The translations under genes and the position numbers were made by a program. The notes beneath the pieces were generated by a model. It was not told the origin of the DNA, did not search any database, and saw only the letters and a program-made list of their open reading frames with translations. From a bacterium (GTDB taxonomy: Bacteria > RBG-13-61-14 > DATKZS01): DNA of 64,000 nucleotides. Below are positions 11,501 to 20,309 of this stretch, in pieces. Location: positions 416,001-480,000 of the forward strand of contig CAXXFL010000006.1 of assembly GCA_963674965.2 (NCBI GenBank), read 5' to 3'. Positions within the stretch are counted from its first letter, which is position 1. Each line of letters opens with the position of its first letter.

Positions 11501-12447
11501 TGGTCACGGGAAGCGACTCCGGCCGGATCGGGTTCTTCGATCTTTCAGGACTTTGGCGCGAGGAGTCGCTCGAGCCGATGCGGTCAATCCTGGCCCACGG
11601 CGACACCGGCGGTCCAGTTCCGGTCAGGGCCGCCGCCGTCGGCGGTGACGGCAAAATCGCGGCCAGCGTGGGCGACGACGGCCGCGTCATAGTATGGGAC
11701 GTAAATTCGGGGGAGATGCTTCACCGGTTCTACTGCGAGATTGACAACGTAAGGCGCGTAATGGAGATCAGCCCCGACGGCAAGCTCCTGGCCGTCGGGG
11801 GCAAGGACGCCGACGTCAGGATATGGGACCTCGAGTCGGGCGCGCTCAAGTTTACTTTGAAGGGGCACTCGATAGGCGTGAGGCCGGTCAAGTTCAGCCC
11901 GGCGGGAAAGCTCCTGGCCTCCGGCGGCAAGGACGGCGACGTGAAAATATGGGACATGGCCGCGGGCAAGCTCCTCGCCACCCTGAAAGGGCACGGCCAT
12001 TGGGTCCGGATGATCGAGTTCTCGAACGACGGAAAGTTCATCGTCTCGGCGAGCATTATCGACAAGAAGGTGATTATCTGGGACACCTGGAAATGGAAGC
12101 CTCGGCATGAGGAAATCCTGACCGACCGTCCCCAGTCCATCGCCATCAGGCCCGACTCGGGTCTCGTCGCCATAGGATCGAGGGACCGAAAAATATGGCT
12201 TTGGGAGCCGAACTCGGGCAAGTTCCTCCACGTCATGGAAGGCCACCAGGGGTCGGTGGACCGCATGGCCTTCTTCAAGCATGGAAAAACCTATGACCTC
12301 CTTTCGATGGACTCCAAGGGCAAGGTATTCATCTGGCCCTTTAAAGACGAGATACTAAAGGGAGACTCCAGGAAAATTTTCGAGAAGACCCAGCAAAACA
12401 CCGGCCTCACGGTAAGGGGCATGGAACTGGCCCCCTGGAGTCCATAA
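8578..12447 (+). CDS. Hanks-type Ser/Thr kinase with TM segment and C-terminal WD40 repeats
   Basis: GGIGRI, IAMK, HRDIKPQN, DWG, GTPAYMSPEQ, DVWSLG; TM WPIVLTASAAILALLITFGW; many GH...WD repeats. Confidence 0.93.
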   Translation: MSDDRNLLFGVMAVQLKFVTPQDLMLAAAAWAVNRDATLKEHLLEKGLITDRVCNMIEGLLEEQVAAHDGNVHKTLQSFGGDRAVHESFAASSVIFEKGALDSFGGGEPATVAIRKEPEAFPEIGCVSSSGSPVNADGGANGEPLEDVDALTFEHPGRYTIKGEHSKGGIGRILVAYDSHVGREIAMKELLPDGSIGTPSFESGSRKTTALLRRFLREARVTGQLEHPAIIPVYEVGKRPDGSIYYTMKLVRGRTLQTAIKEAGRLEERLKLLTHFHDLCNAIRYAHSRCVIHRDIKPQNVMVGEFGETVVLDWGLAKVKGKRDDRARSIERDLQLIREAGAMETVKGTPMGTPAYMSPEQAEGKLEAVDERSDVWSLGAVLYEILTGEIPFQGVNAYEIMGHVLKDDPRPVRSVDPLAPDEMAAVAMKCLRKEPEERYQSAEELALDVENYLTGRLVSAYDYSRVALAKRWIKKRWPIVLTASAAILALLITFGWSYVNIRAEKDRVVEQRNAALRNIAEAYFAYGHWAAAEARWPTAEVYLAKSLLMDDRDETRYALNYAHTMPRVQARLKFLMAGHEGSVINIEISPYGEYLASAGLDGTARLWNMETGSELAVFKNHTDKVFNVAFSSDGKYFASAGADGQVCVYETGNARFVKCMPGTGKRLFRLAWSPTRDLLAAVGDDPVAVVWDTATWSRKYELIGHDAKIWGIGFNPAGDIIATWSRDWTARTWDSRTGKPLSRFVGHRNSVSSAEFLPGGRLMSTSWDKTLRVWDLQTGEQIFAHDHPGAPIRVFLFPDKRRALIGYEEGMVRLIDTDEDEEIRSWKSAHSGQLLHLAGLGTSGGFITSGGDGFVRLWDVDEEEPAETLQGTEGFSIERVASGPYGDSIAAAGRDGIIRVWSLRDKGGVRRVKALDSDLLDMALDGEGKVAAVSGDKGSVSIIDAAGAERVAVLVADTSGAAVNAVSLSGDGRFMVTGSDSGRIGFFDLSGLWREESLEPMRSILAHGDTGGPVPVRAAAVGGDGKIAASVGDDGRVIVWDVNSGEMLHRFYCEIDNVRRVMEISPDGKLLAVGGKDADVRIWDLESGALKFTLKGHSIGVRPVKFSPAGKLLASGGKDGDVKIWDMAAGKLLATLKGHGHWVRMIEFSNDGKFIVSASIIDKKVIIWDTWKWKPRHEEILTDRPQSIAIRPDSGLVAIGSRDRKIWLWEPNSGKFLHVMEGHQGSVDRMAFFKHGKTYDLLSMDSKGKVFIWPFKDEILKGDSRKIFEKTQQNTGLTVRGMELAPWSP

Positions 12448-12746
12448 TGACAAACGGACTTTAAAATTTCATAACCCATGGCGGCTCGAGGCAATTTGGA
12501 GAGCTTCCTCAAACTGAATTATGGTATGGATTACGAGATCACCTGAAGAAGCTGAAGGGATTGGTCGTCACGGATTTCATAACCGATCGCGTCACTGAGG
12601 CCTGGATAGACTTTTCGTATCGAGGCCATGCATTTTCAATAAACGATCAATTCGGGGAATACTGGTTTTTCGTTGAGGACCCAAATTGCCCTGACGAAAT
12701 TTTGTTCGACGTTTTAGGCCATTGCGAGAAGTTTTTAAAAAATTGA
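12447..12746 (+). pseudogene. Small hypothetical protein with premature TAA at codon 6
   Basis: ATG overlapping the kinase stop (TAATG) is in frame with the 12561 ORF: MTNGL*NFITHGGSRQFGELPQTELWYGLRDHLKKLKGLVVTDF... Confidence 0.55.
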
Positions 12747-12813
12747 AGACGGGCCGCGGTTGGCCCACCTTTATTATCCTTCTTATATTTTTCACGTCGC
12801 AATAAAGTCTTTC

Positions 12814-13230
12814 TTACGCCATCAGGTCCTCGGGCTCGACTCCCAGCGCTTTGGCCAGTTTGCAGGCGCACGATTTCGTGACCTTTTTGTCTCCCGCCTC
12901 GATTTTCTCGAGGTGAGACCTTGAGAAACCCGAGAGGCTGGACAACTCGTCCAGGCCCAGTCCGGCCTGAAGGCGCGTATATTTGAGCGGACAGCGCCCG
13001 AGTTGTCGGCAAAGGTCATCGTGCTCGATGACCTCCTCGTCCCGGTCGAGGCCGCCGGCTTGCTCATACTCGCAAAGGTCCACGTAGTCCTCCAGGTCTT
13101 CCATCAGCCTCTCCCAAACCTCCATGGGCACGATCACCGCCCGCTCGGTCCCTACCCTTATCTCCTGCACGCCCGAGGGCCAGGCCGGCCTTTTCCGTTT
13201 CTCTTCCTTCCCGGTCTTTTGCTTCGCCAT
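12814..13230 (-). CDS. Antitoxin with C-terminal XRE/Cro HTH
   Basis: AVIVPMEVWERLMEDLED antitoxin-like N-terminus; RLQAGLGLDELSSLSGFSRSHLEKIEAG...LAKALGV HTH; 4 bp downstream of relE-like gene. Confidence 0.8.
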   Translation of the reverse strand: MAKQKTGKEEKRKRPAWPSGVQEIRVGTERAVIVPMEVWERLMEDLEDYVDLCEYEQAGGLDRDEEVIEHDDLCRQLGRCPLKYTRLQAGLGLDELSSLSGFSRSHLEKIEAGDKKVTKSCACKLAKALGVEPEDLMA

Positions 13231-13234
13231 TAGG

Positions 13235-13498
13235 TCACCTCTTATACACGTCTCCGCGGGGCCTGATAAGGACCACGAGGATGATCATTTCTCCATCCCT
13301 TAGCTCGAATATGATTCTGAACGCCCCGGCCCGGAGCCTGTAGGCGGGGCGATAGGCCAGACGCTTGACGCCGAGGCTCGGAGAAAAGGGGTCCTCAGCC
13401 AGGCGCTCGATCCGGTCCAGAATTTTTTCTCTTCGCTCCCCGGTCAGGCGCTTTAAATAGGAAACCGCCCTCTTCCTGTATCTTACCGAGTAAGCCAT
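13235..13498 (-). CDS. RelE/ParE family toxin
   Basis: YSVRY, VKRL, YRLRAGAFRIIF, IRPRGDVYK C-terminus. Confidence 0.88.
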   Translation of the reverse strand: MAYSVRYRKRAVSYLKRLTGERREKILDRIERLAEDPFSPSLGVKRLAYRPAYRLRAGAFRIIFELRDGEMIILVVLIRPRGDVYKR

Positions 13499-13556
13499 GA
13501 GGGAGATTATGCCCGAGGATGATGGGCGGGTCAAAGGTAAGAGGGACTTGGGCCGG

Positions 13557-14441
13557 CTACTCCGGTCCGGCCCAGAAGGCGGAGATCATGGTGTAGATAA
13601 GCGAAGCCGCGGTGAAGCTCGCGTGGTGAAGACACTTGATGGGCGCCATCTCCATCACGTCGAAGCCGACCACCTTCCTGCCCGAGGCCGACAGGGCCAG
13701 GACCAGGTCGATAATATGGTAGTAGTCGAGTCCTCCCGGCTCGGGCGTTCCCGTGGCGGGCATGATCGAGGGGTCAAGGACGTCCACGTCCAGGGTCAGG
13801 TAGACCTCCTTGCCCAGGGGGGCCAGGGTCTTTTCTATCCAGTCGTCCCGCTTCATGACGTAGCTCGCCGGAATGACCTCTTTTTGATTTTCCTCGAGCC
13901 AGTCCCTTTCGGCTTGTGACATGGACCTGATCCCGACCTGGACGAAGTCCATTCCCATGTCCGCGACCCTTTTCATTACGCAGGCGTGGGAGTGGGCCGT
14001 TCCCTCATAGGAGTCCCGAAGGTCGGCGTGAGCGTCGAGCTGGAGCACGCAAAGTCCAGGATGAAACTCGAGACAGGCCGCCGCGGCCCCGGCCGTAAGG
14101 GAGTGCTCGCCGCCGACGGTCACGGGATACTTGTCTGATTTTAAATGCCGGGTCACTTCCTCTTTCACCGCCTGAACGGCCCCTTCCGGTTCCTCGTGCA
14201 TCTTGATGGGAGGAACGCCGTGAATGCCGATCTTGTAGGCTTCCCTTTTAGTGGTGAAGTCGTAAAGCTCGATATTGGGCGAGGCCTCGAGGATGGCGTC
14301 GGGTCCGTTTGCCGTGCCTTCCTTCCACGATACGGTCCCCTCGTAAGAGGCCGGAATAATTACTACTTTAGACGTTTCGAGGTCGCGATATGGAGACTTC
14401 AGCCCAAACCACGCCTCGGGTGTTTTATTTATTTTGCCCAT
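13557..14441 (-). CDS. speB: Agmatinase
   Basis: GGEHS, DAHADLR, SHAC, DVDVLDP..PATGTPEPGG ureohydrolase motifs; near pdaD. Confidence 0.93.
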   Translation of the reverse strand: MGKINKTPEAWFGLKSPYRDLETSKVVIIPASYEGTVSWKEGTANGPDAILEASPNIELYDFTTKREAYKIGIHGVPPIKMHEEPEGAVQAVKEEVTRHLKSDKYPVTVGGEHSLTAGAAAACLEFHPGLCVLQLDAHADLRDSYEGTAHSHACVMKRVADMGMDFVQVGIRSMSQAERDWLEENQKEVIPASYVMKRDDWIEKTLAPLGKEVYLTLDVDVLDPSIMPATGTPEPGGLDYYHIIDLVLALSASGRKVVGFDVMEMAPIKCLHHASFTAASLIYTMISAFWAGPE

Positions 14442-14600
14442 TTATTGTCTCCCGAGATTCTTGCAAAAGTCCTTATTCTTGGCGGCATAGCCGCTTTGGA
14501 GCGCGGTCGCTTGAGACCGCTTTTAATGGCCTTGGCTTGACAAGGCTTAATACAGAGGCTTGCCTCGCGTCAAGCCGCTCGGAAGAAAAGCGGCGTCGAG

Positions 14601-16048
14601 TGTACAGACCGGAGACATGCTTCACAAGTGTTCGGGCACATAGGTAACATATTTCCTCGCTTGCTCGCGCTCCTGCTATTGACCTATTTTTCCTCGACCT
14701 AAGTTTATCTATGCATCGATCACGTGGCCAGTCAAGGGCGGCGCAGCCGTCCCGCAGGGATTTACCCTTGACGGGCCTCGTGGAGATGCTATCGTCCTCA
14801 TGGTCGAGAAAACCTTTTATCACGTTTGCCTCCAGCTATGGTCTCGCAGATCGACGACCATGATCCGTTGGCGGCAGTAATAAACCTCGATCACGCCGTC
14901 CACTTGTGTATTTCGCAAGCCGACCTTTTCACCAACGAAGGCCCGCCCCACTGGATAAAACTCGCCTTTGATTCTAACCGCCCCGCCCGGGTTCACCTTG
15001 CAAGTCGGCCAATCATCCCGATACCAGACTTCGGGCAGAGTCTCGGGATAGGCAAAGGGGCTCATCGCGTAACGGCTGGCCGGCGTGTTCATGTCCAGGG
15101 CCTCGTGGGGACGTTCATGGTTATAGCAGTCGCGAAAACGGTCGAAGGCTTTCTGACAGTCGTTCAGGTCGCCGAAGTTGCGTCCCCTTATCGCCTCCTC
15201 CTTAAGGGTCCGGTTGAACCGCTCGTTCTTGCCCTGGGTCTGGGGATGAAAGGGACGGCCGTGGCTGATGCCGACGCCGAGCCTGATCAGCCAGGCGCTC
15301 ATGTAGTTGTAACGCGAGTTCGGCGCGCAGAAGCTCGATCCGTTGTCGGTAAGTATGCGGCTGGGCAGGCCGTAGCGCATGAAGACCGGCGCCAGGCTTG
15401 CCCGCACGGTGTCCGCCCGTTCGTTGGAGCAGGCGGTGACCGTCAACGCGAACCTGGAGTGGTCGTCCACCACGGTGAGAGGGTGACAGGAACCGGCCGC
15501 CGTCGGAAAATGTCCCTTGAAATCCATCTGCCACAACTGGTTGGGAGCCTCTCGTTCGAAACGCTTCATGGGACCGCGAGCCTTGCGCTGGGCGTCCCGC
15601 AGCCTGCCGTTGCGGTCGAGGATCGCCGTGATCGTGCTCGGCCTTGGCACTTCGTCGTGACCAAGATCGATCAGCCGCCGCTCGATTTTGCGCCCTCCCC
15701 AGGTCGGATGCTCGTCGCGAACCGAAAGCACCAACTGCTCGACCTCCGGGCAAACACGCTGGGGAGATCGCCTGGGACGGCGGGACCTGTCACATGCCCA
15801 GTCCTCTTCACCGCTTTGCCCACGGCTGATCCACTTGTAGCCGGTGCGGCGACTGATACCGAATCGACGGCATAACTCGCTTATGTTGGAACCTGGCTGC
15901 ATCGCTAAATAAACAAAATCCTTCCTCTGAGACACTTCGGTAACCTCATTCCATGGCATCTTTCTTCTCCTGTATTGACATACAGAAGAATGTACCAACT
16001 GTTACCCATGTCTCCGAACACCTGTTACCCATGTCTCCGGTCTGTACA
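14601..16048 (-). mobile_element. IS481-family insertion sequence
   Basis: TIRs TGTACAGACCGGAGACATG / CATGTCTCCGGTCTGTACA; repeated subterminal TGTTACCCATGTCTCCG; 4-bp target duplication CGAG. Confidence 0.93.
14820..15959 (-). CDS. IS481 family transposase
   Basis: MPW start, HTH ISELCRRFGISRRTGYKW, WQMDFKG, DDHSR, TDNG, PQTQGKNER, YNHERPHEAL. Confidence 0.95.
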   Translation of the reverse strand: MPWNEVTEVSQRKDFVYLAMQPGSNISELCRRFGISRRTGYKWISRGQSGEEDWACDRSRRPRRSPQRVCPEVEQLVLSVRDEHPTWGGRKIERRLIDLGHDEVPRPSTITAILDRNGRLRDAQRKARGPMKRFEREAPNQLWQMDFKGHFPTAAGSCHPLTVVDDHSRFALTVTACSNERADTVRASLAPVFMRYGLPSRILTDNGSSFCAPNSRYNYMSAWLIRLGVGISHGRPFHPQTQGKNERFNRTLKEEAIRGRNFGDLNDCQKAFDRFRDCYNHERPHEALDMNTPASRYAMSPFAYPETLPEVWYRDDWPTCKVNPGGAVRIKGEFYPVGRAFVGEKVGLRNTQVDGVIEVYYCRQRIMVVDLRDHSWRQT

Positions 16049-16096
16049 CGAGCCGCCGCACTCCAAAACAGGACTTTTGCAGGAGGCTCTCCCGAT

Positions 16097-16137
16097 AAAA
16101 AAAGCGGACGGCGGTCGCGAGAGGGACCACCATCCGC
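16097..16137 (-). terminator. Rho-independent terminator after pdaD
   Basis: Minus strand stem GCGGATGGTGGTC/GACCGCCGTCCGC followed by T7. Confidence 0.7.
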
Positions 16138-16149
16138 CCTACCCTTCTT

Positions 16150-16692
16150 CTACATTACAAAAACGGCCGCCGCCACCGCCGTGGTCCATCGGCCCGACTC
16201 GTCGCCCTTGGCCGAGGCGGTCATATGCCGGGCAAGAAGCCGTGTCTTGCTAAGCACATAGACGCCGTCTTTCTTTTGCGGCGGCAGGTCATGATCGAAC
16301 GAATCGTCGATAAGTGACGCCAGCATGGCCACGGCCATCCTCTCGGAATCCCTGGCCGCTTTTTCCTCGCCGAGTCCGACGCCGGCGTGCTCGGATAGGT
16401 ATCCGTGTTTGATCCGGTCCTCCGGGTAGGCCAGGCCAATGGACGCGGCGATGGGTTCGCCCGCCTGGTTGGTCTGGGTCCTGGCCATGACGCAAAAGGT
16501 GATCTGTCCGTCTTTGAGTTTTTTCTTTCCCTCCTCGGGCCCGATTATCTCGCAATCGGGCGGCAGAATACTGGATACCAGCACCAGGTTGCAGCCTGAA
16601 ATGCCGGCCTGGCGAAGCGCCATCTCGAAACTCACGAGCTTGTCGGCGTGGGTCCCCACGCCCTTGGTCAGAAACATTTGTTTGGGGATCAA
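16150..16692 (-). CDS. pdaD: Pyruvoyl-dependent arginine decarboxylase
   Basis: FLTKGVG, SFEMALRQAGI, NLVLVSSILPP (S-S self-cleavage site), GYLSEH, WTTAVAAAVF; TTG start with RBS GGAGGAGG. Confidence 0.9.
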   Translation of the reverse strand: MIPKQMFLTKGVGTHADKLVSFEMALRQAGISGCNLVLVSSILPPDCEIIGPEEGKKKLKDGQITFCVMARTQTNQAGEPIAASIGLAYPEDRIKHGYLSEHAGVGLGEEKAARDSERMAVAMLASLIDDSFDHDLPPQKKDGVYVLSKTRLLARHMTASAKGDESGRWTTAVAAAVFVM

Positions 16693-16866
16693 CTGTGTAA
16701 TCCTCCTCCCCGCCACTGGAATTAAAACGGCGGCCCTTCTCCCCCGGCTGATCGTCAGGGGAGGGCCGCTGTCATTTGGGCCTATGATAATGCCGGAAAG
16801 CGCGCAAATCAAGGGCGCCCCCGCGGAATATTTCCGCGAGGCCGGGACGCGCCTCCCGGACCCCGG

Positions 16867-17487
16867 CTACATCATCATCAGCGGCGTAAGCTGCATGAGG
16901 ATGGTCATGTCGCCGCTGATCTGAATCCTGCCGGCCATGAAGGCCGACTGGGGGTTGAGACTTCCCGAGGCCATCTCCTTCATGGTGTCCAGGTCCACGA
17001 CCACGGTGGCGGTGGGCTCGGGAGTAATGGGCCCGGCGAACTTGATGGTGGCCTCGAAGGGTTTGGACTCATCATCCACCACCCACTTGATCGAGCCGCT
17101 TATGTCGCGCAGGGCGGCCATGTTCTCCTTGGCCTGGCCGACCATGGCCGCGGGGTTGCCGCCCCCGCCGCCGGGCGGCTGCATCCTCAGTTCGTCCCTT
17201 TCGCCCGTCACCGCCTCGATGAAGTTTTGCTTGTTCAGGATAAAGGTCACGAGAGCGTCTTCCTTTACGCCCGAGGAGAACTTAACCTCGCCGTTCTCGA
17301 TATCGGCCGTCCAGTCCCCGCCGCCGTCGCCGGTCACGCGGGTGGAAATGGAGAAACTCACGTCCCCGGCCAGTCCCTTGATGATTTCCTGGAAGCCGGA
17401 AATCTGCTCGGGCAGCCACTGGTTGAAGAATTTTTCAGGGGTGATGTCCTTGGGAGCCCTGGGCGGCTCGAATGCATTGGCGTTCAT
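16867..17487 (-). CDS. SCP2 sterol/lipid-binding domain protein (tandem SCP2)
   Basis: TGDGGGDW and LNPQSAFMAGRIQISGDM motifs. Confidence 0.8.
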   Translation of the reverse strand: MNANAFEPPRAPKDITPEKFFNQWLPEQISGFQEIIKGLAGDVSFSISTRVTGDGGGDWTADIENGEVKFSSGVKEDALVTFILNKQNFIEAVTGERDELRMQPPGGGGGNPAAMVGQAKENMAALRDISGSIKWVVDDESKPFEATIKFAGPITPEPTATVVVDLDTMKEMASGSLNPQSAFMAGRIQISGDMTILMQLTPLMMM

Positions 17488-17572
17488 GACGTACCTCCGT
17501 GCTGGCGGTTGACGGACCCGGCGCCTTTACGCCGGACAAAGAGCCATATCTTTAGCGCCGGGCGCGAAAGAT

Positions 17573-17842
17573 TCATCCATCGTTATCCGGGACGCCGCTG
17601 AACAGGGCCTCGAGTTCCTCCTCCACCCCCGGCAGCCGGAGGCAGTCGGCGCAGGTGACGACGAAGCGGGGGTCGTTTAATTTATAGAACTCGAGTATCT
17701 CCGTTTCGTCTCTCGGGTTTTGTATGGCCACCCGCTCGAGGTTTCCCGTGAGAAGGCGGTAGTAGTCGACTCGATAGGGGTTTTCCGTTTCCCGCCTGTG
17801 CGTCGTGGGCCCCACTTCCCGTCCGCATCGCGAACACCGCAA
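17573..17842 (-). CDS. Small hypothetical CxxC...CxxC protein
   Basis: CSRC and CADC pairs; co-oriented with neighbours. Confidence 0.55.
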   Translation of the reverse strand: MRCSRCGREVGPTTHRRETENPYRVDYYRLLTGNLERVAIQNPRDETEILEFYKLNDPRFVVTCADCLRLPGVEEELEALFSGVPDNDG

Positions 17843-17918
17843 CGTGCCTTCTTCTTTTTCCAGGGAGCGACCTCCTAAGACAATTTATGTATAAGCGGCA
17901 AGCCGGACCATGGCCGCT

Positions 17919-18305
17919 TCAGGCCGTCAGGTCCAACTTGTCTTTCACTATTTCCTTTACCTTGTCGACCATGCTTCCAAAGTCGTTGGATTTGATGATA
18001 AACGCCTCGGCGCCCGCCTCGTAGGTCAGGTCCATGAGGGCGGGGTCGTTTTTACCCGAGTGAATTATTATCAGGATGTCCTTGGTGACCGGGCTCTTTT
18101 TCAGTTTCTGGCAGACCTCGATGCCGTCAATGCCCGGCATCATGATATCCAGGAGGATGACCTTGGGCTTGAAATCGAGCACCTTTTTGAACACCTCGAT
18201 GCCGGAATCGACGGCCGCCACCTCGAAGCCGGCCTCGGCCAGGGCGTCCCTGGACATGGCCAGGAGAAGCCTGTTGTCGTCGGCAATCAAAATTTTTAGC
18301 GCCAT
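17919..18305 (-). CDS. Single-domain response regulator (receiver)
   Basis: ILIADD, LLDIMMPGIDG, FIIK. Confidence 0.92.
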   Translation of the reverse strand: MALKILIADDNRLLLAMSRDALAEAGFEVAAVDSGIEVFKKVLDFKPKVILLDIMMPGIDGIEVCQKLKKSPVTKDILIIIHSGKNDPALMDLTYEAGAEAFIIKSNDFGSMVDKVKEIVKDKLDLTA

Positions 18306-18335
18306 AAAAACCTCTTTACTTACTTTGAGCCCAGT

Positions 18336-18866
18336 TCACATCCTTCTGGGCTTTCGCATGGCGATGGACAGGGCGGTGGTCAGCTTCTTCACGTCCATGT
18401 TGGTCTTTCTGAGCCTGGCCGCGATGGTCTGGGCGATATTCAGGAGAATGCGATGGGCGCTGGCCAGGTCATCCTCCGTGAACTTCCTGAAGTCCTCGCT
18501 CCCGACGCGCAAAAGCTTGCCCTCGCTCAAGGCCGTGATGGTCGCCGACCTCACGTCCCGGTCGAAAAGGAAGGCCATCTCGCCGAACATGTGGCCCGGC
18601 CCGAGCTTGACCAGGATTTTATCCAGGTTCTCGGCCTCGTCCAGAAAACCCGAGGCCATGGTAATGGCCATGGACACTTCCACCTGCCCCGTCTCTATTA
18701 TATAGACGCAGTCGCCTTCTTCACCTTCCCTAATTATCACATCACCGGCGTTCATTTCAAACGGCCGGCAAATTTTCGCGAGCCTTTTCAGGCCCTCGTC
18801 GCTGACGCCGGCGAAAGCGCTAACTTTTTTCAGGAACTCGACGGATTGATCACTCATCCTCGTCAT
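18336..18866 (-). CDS. Stand-alone cyclic nucleotide-binding domain protein
   Basis: IIREGEEGD, GHMFGEMA, RSATITA; no Crp HTH. Confidence 0.88.
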   Translation of the reverse strand: MTRMSDQSVEFLKKVSAFAGVSDEGLKRLAKICRPFEMNAGDVIIREGEEGDCVYIIETGQVEVSMAITMASGFLDEAENLDKILVKLGPGHMFGEMAFLFDRDVRSATITALSEGKLLRVGSEDFRKFTEDDLASAHRILLNIAQTIAARLRKTNMDVKKLTTALSIAMRKPRRM

Positions 18867-20130
18867 CCCCCTGGACCGCGCCCGACCCGATGACCTCCTC
18901 GGAGGAGGAGATAATCAGCACCGCGTCGTTTCGCTGGGCCCGATAATTATTGGGCGGGTTAAGCCGGACCTTGATGGCCTTGCCCTTGAAGAAATACTGT
19001 TCCTCCATGCCCTCGAACTGCCGCTTGATAAAAAGGTCTATGGCCGACATGTCGTCCGACAGAATGTCGGAGAGGTTCATGCCCTTGGCCTCCTCGCTGA
19101 CCACGCCGATGGCCAGGGCGCCCTTCTTCTCCCGGAAGTAGGCGCTGACCGCCGAGAACTCCTGGTCCACGAGGCCGGCGGGAAGCCTGGTCTGCCGAAT
19201 GACGGACCCCCGGAAAGGATTTAGAAGCTCCTGCGCCGCGATGGTCACGCCGGGCGAGGTTACCGAGTTGGAAAGCAGGAAGTCGTTATGCTCACCCAGG
19301 ACCACGATGTGGTCCACGTGGGCGCGCTTCAAGTGGGACACGTTGGCCTTGTCCACGATCTCGGCGCAGACGCTGACCGAGGAACTCATGGACTTCACCG
19401 CGAGGGAACCCAGCACGGTGCGCTGATCGGCGCCGGCGTAGCCGTTATGAATGCTTCCGTCGGCCAGGATGACGACCGACTTGGCGTGCTGCACGTTGGC
19501 CCGCTCGAGAACGTTCTCGTGCTCGAACTCTCCCCGCACGTAGCGCAGGCCCTGCCTCCGGTAGTGGTAGAGGACCTCACTTATGGCGTCCTCCGAGACG
19601 TTGTTGATCATAACCACCTGGGCCCCGTCCTGGGTATTGTGGTATATGCCCTCCAGAAGAGACCTGACGCTCGAGTTCCAGCCGCAAATGACGAAGTGGT
19701 TCCGCCAGGTTATTTTCTCCATTCCCTTGCCCTCCAAGAGCCTCTTTTCCACGAACCATGAAGCTATCGTGGCCGTAAGCACCGAGGTTAAAACCATGCC
19801 GGAAATGATTATCGCCACAGTGACGATTCTTCCCAGGGTCGTATGCGGAGTTATATCCCCGTATCCCGTGGTGGTACCCGAGATAAAGGACATATACAGG
19901 GCTTCCCAGAAATTATGCACGTACGATTTATCGTCACTTGGAATGTAGGCGTTGCTTTCCAAAAGCCAAAGAAGAATGGCTAAGAGGACGATCAAAAGGC
20001 CGAGGGCCGACATGAGCCGTATTGACCTTTCCCGCGTGAGAAGATCGCGAAAGTCGCGAAACGTCTCCCGAACGGAAAGGCCGGCCCGTCTCAACACGCC
20101 CGAAAAGCCGTGATATAGCTGGTCGTCCAT
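18850..20130 (-). CDS. 2-TM potassium channel with RCK/TrkA-N domain
   Basis: Selectivity filter TTTGYGD, flanking TMs, HFVICGW RCK start. Confidence 0.9.
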   Translation of the reverse strand: MDDQLYHGFSGVLRRAGLSVRETFRDFRDLLTRERSIRLMSALGLLIVLLAILLWLLESNAYIPSDDKSYVHNFWEALYMSFISGTTTGYGDITPHTTLGRIVTVAIIISGMVLTSVLTATIASWFVEKRLLEGKGMEKITWRNHFVICGWNSSVRSLLEGIYHNTQDGAQVVMINNVSEDAISEVLYHYRRQGLRYVRGEFEHENVLERANVQHAKSVVILADGSIHNGYAGADQRTVLGSLAVKSMSSSVSVCAEIVDKANVSHLKRAHVDHIVVLGEHNDFLLSNSVTSPGVTIAAQELLNPFRGSVIRQTRLPAGLVDQEFSAVSAYFREKKGALAIGVVSEEAKGMNLSDILSDDMSAIDLFIKRQFEGMEEQYFFKGKAIKVRLNPPNNYRAQRNDAVLIISSSEEVIGSGAVQGDDEDE

Positions 20131-20309
20131 TTAGACAATCTTCCGTAATTATCCAGAATATCATGGTAAAATGGTATATTTCAAGCCGGGGGCCGCGAAC
20201 CGCGGAGCATGGCCAAGTGCGCCTCCATGTCCGGGCCTTCCTTGGCCGGCTTGCATATGCGCTCGCCACCCGGCATTATCGGACTGAAAACCAACGAGGA
20301 GACCGATCA

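Larger units (their letters stand above)
14495..16068. repeat. REP-like palindrome interrupted by IS481
   Basis: Left arm TTTGGAGCGCGGTCGCTTGAGACCGCTTTT; right arm AAAAGCGGCGTCGAG|CCGCCGCACTCCAAAA split by the IS. Confidence 0.7.

Noticed and set aside
15995-16048. Tandem TGTTACCCATGTCTCCG as CRISPR-like repeats
   Set aside because: Only two copies with a few bases between; IS481 subterminal repeats. No CRISPR array, tRNA or rRNA seen in the window.
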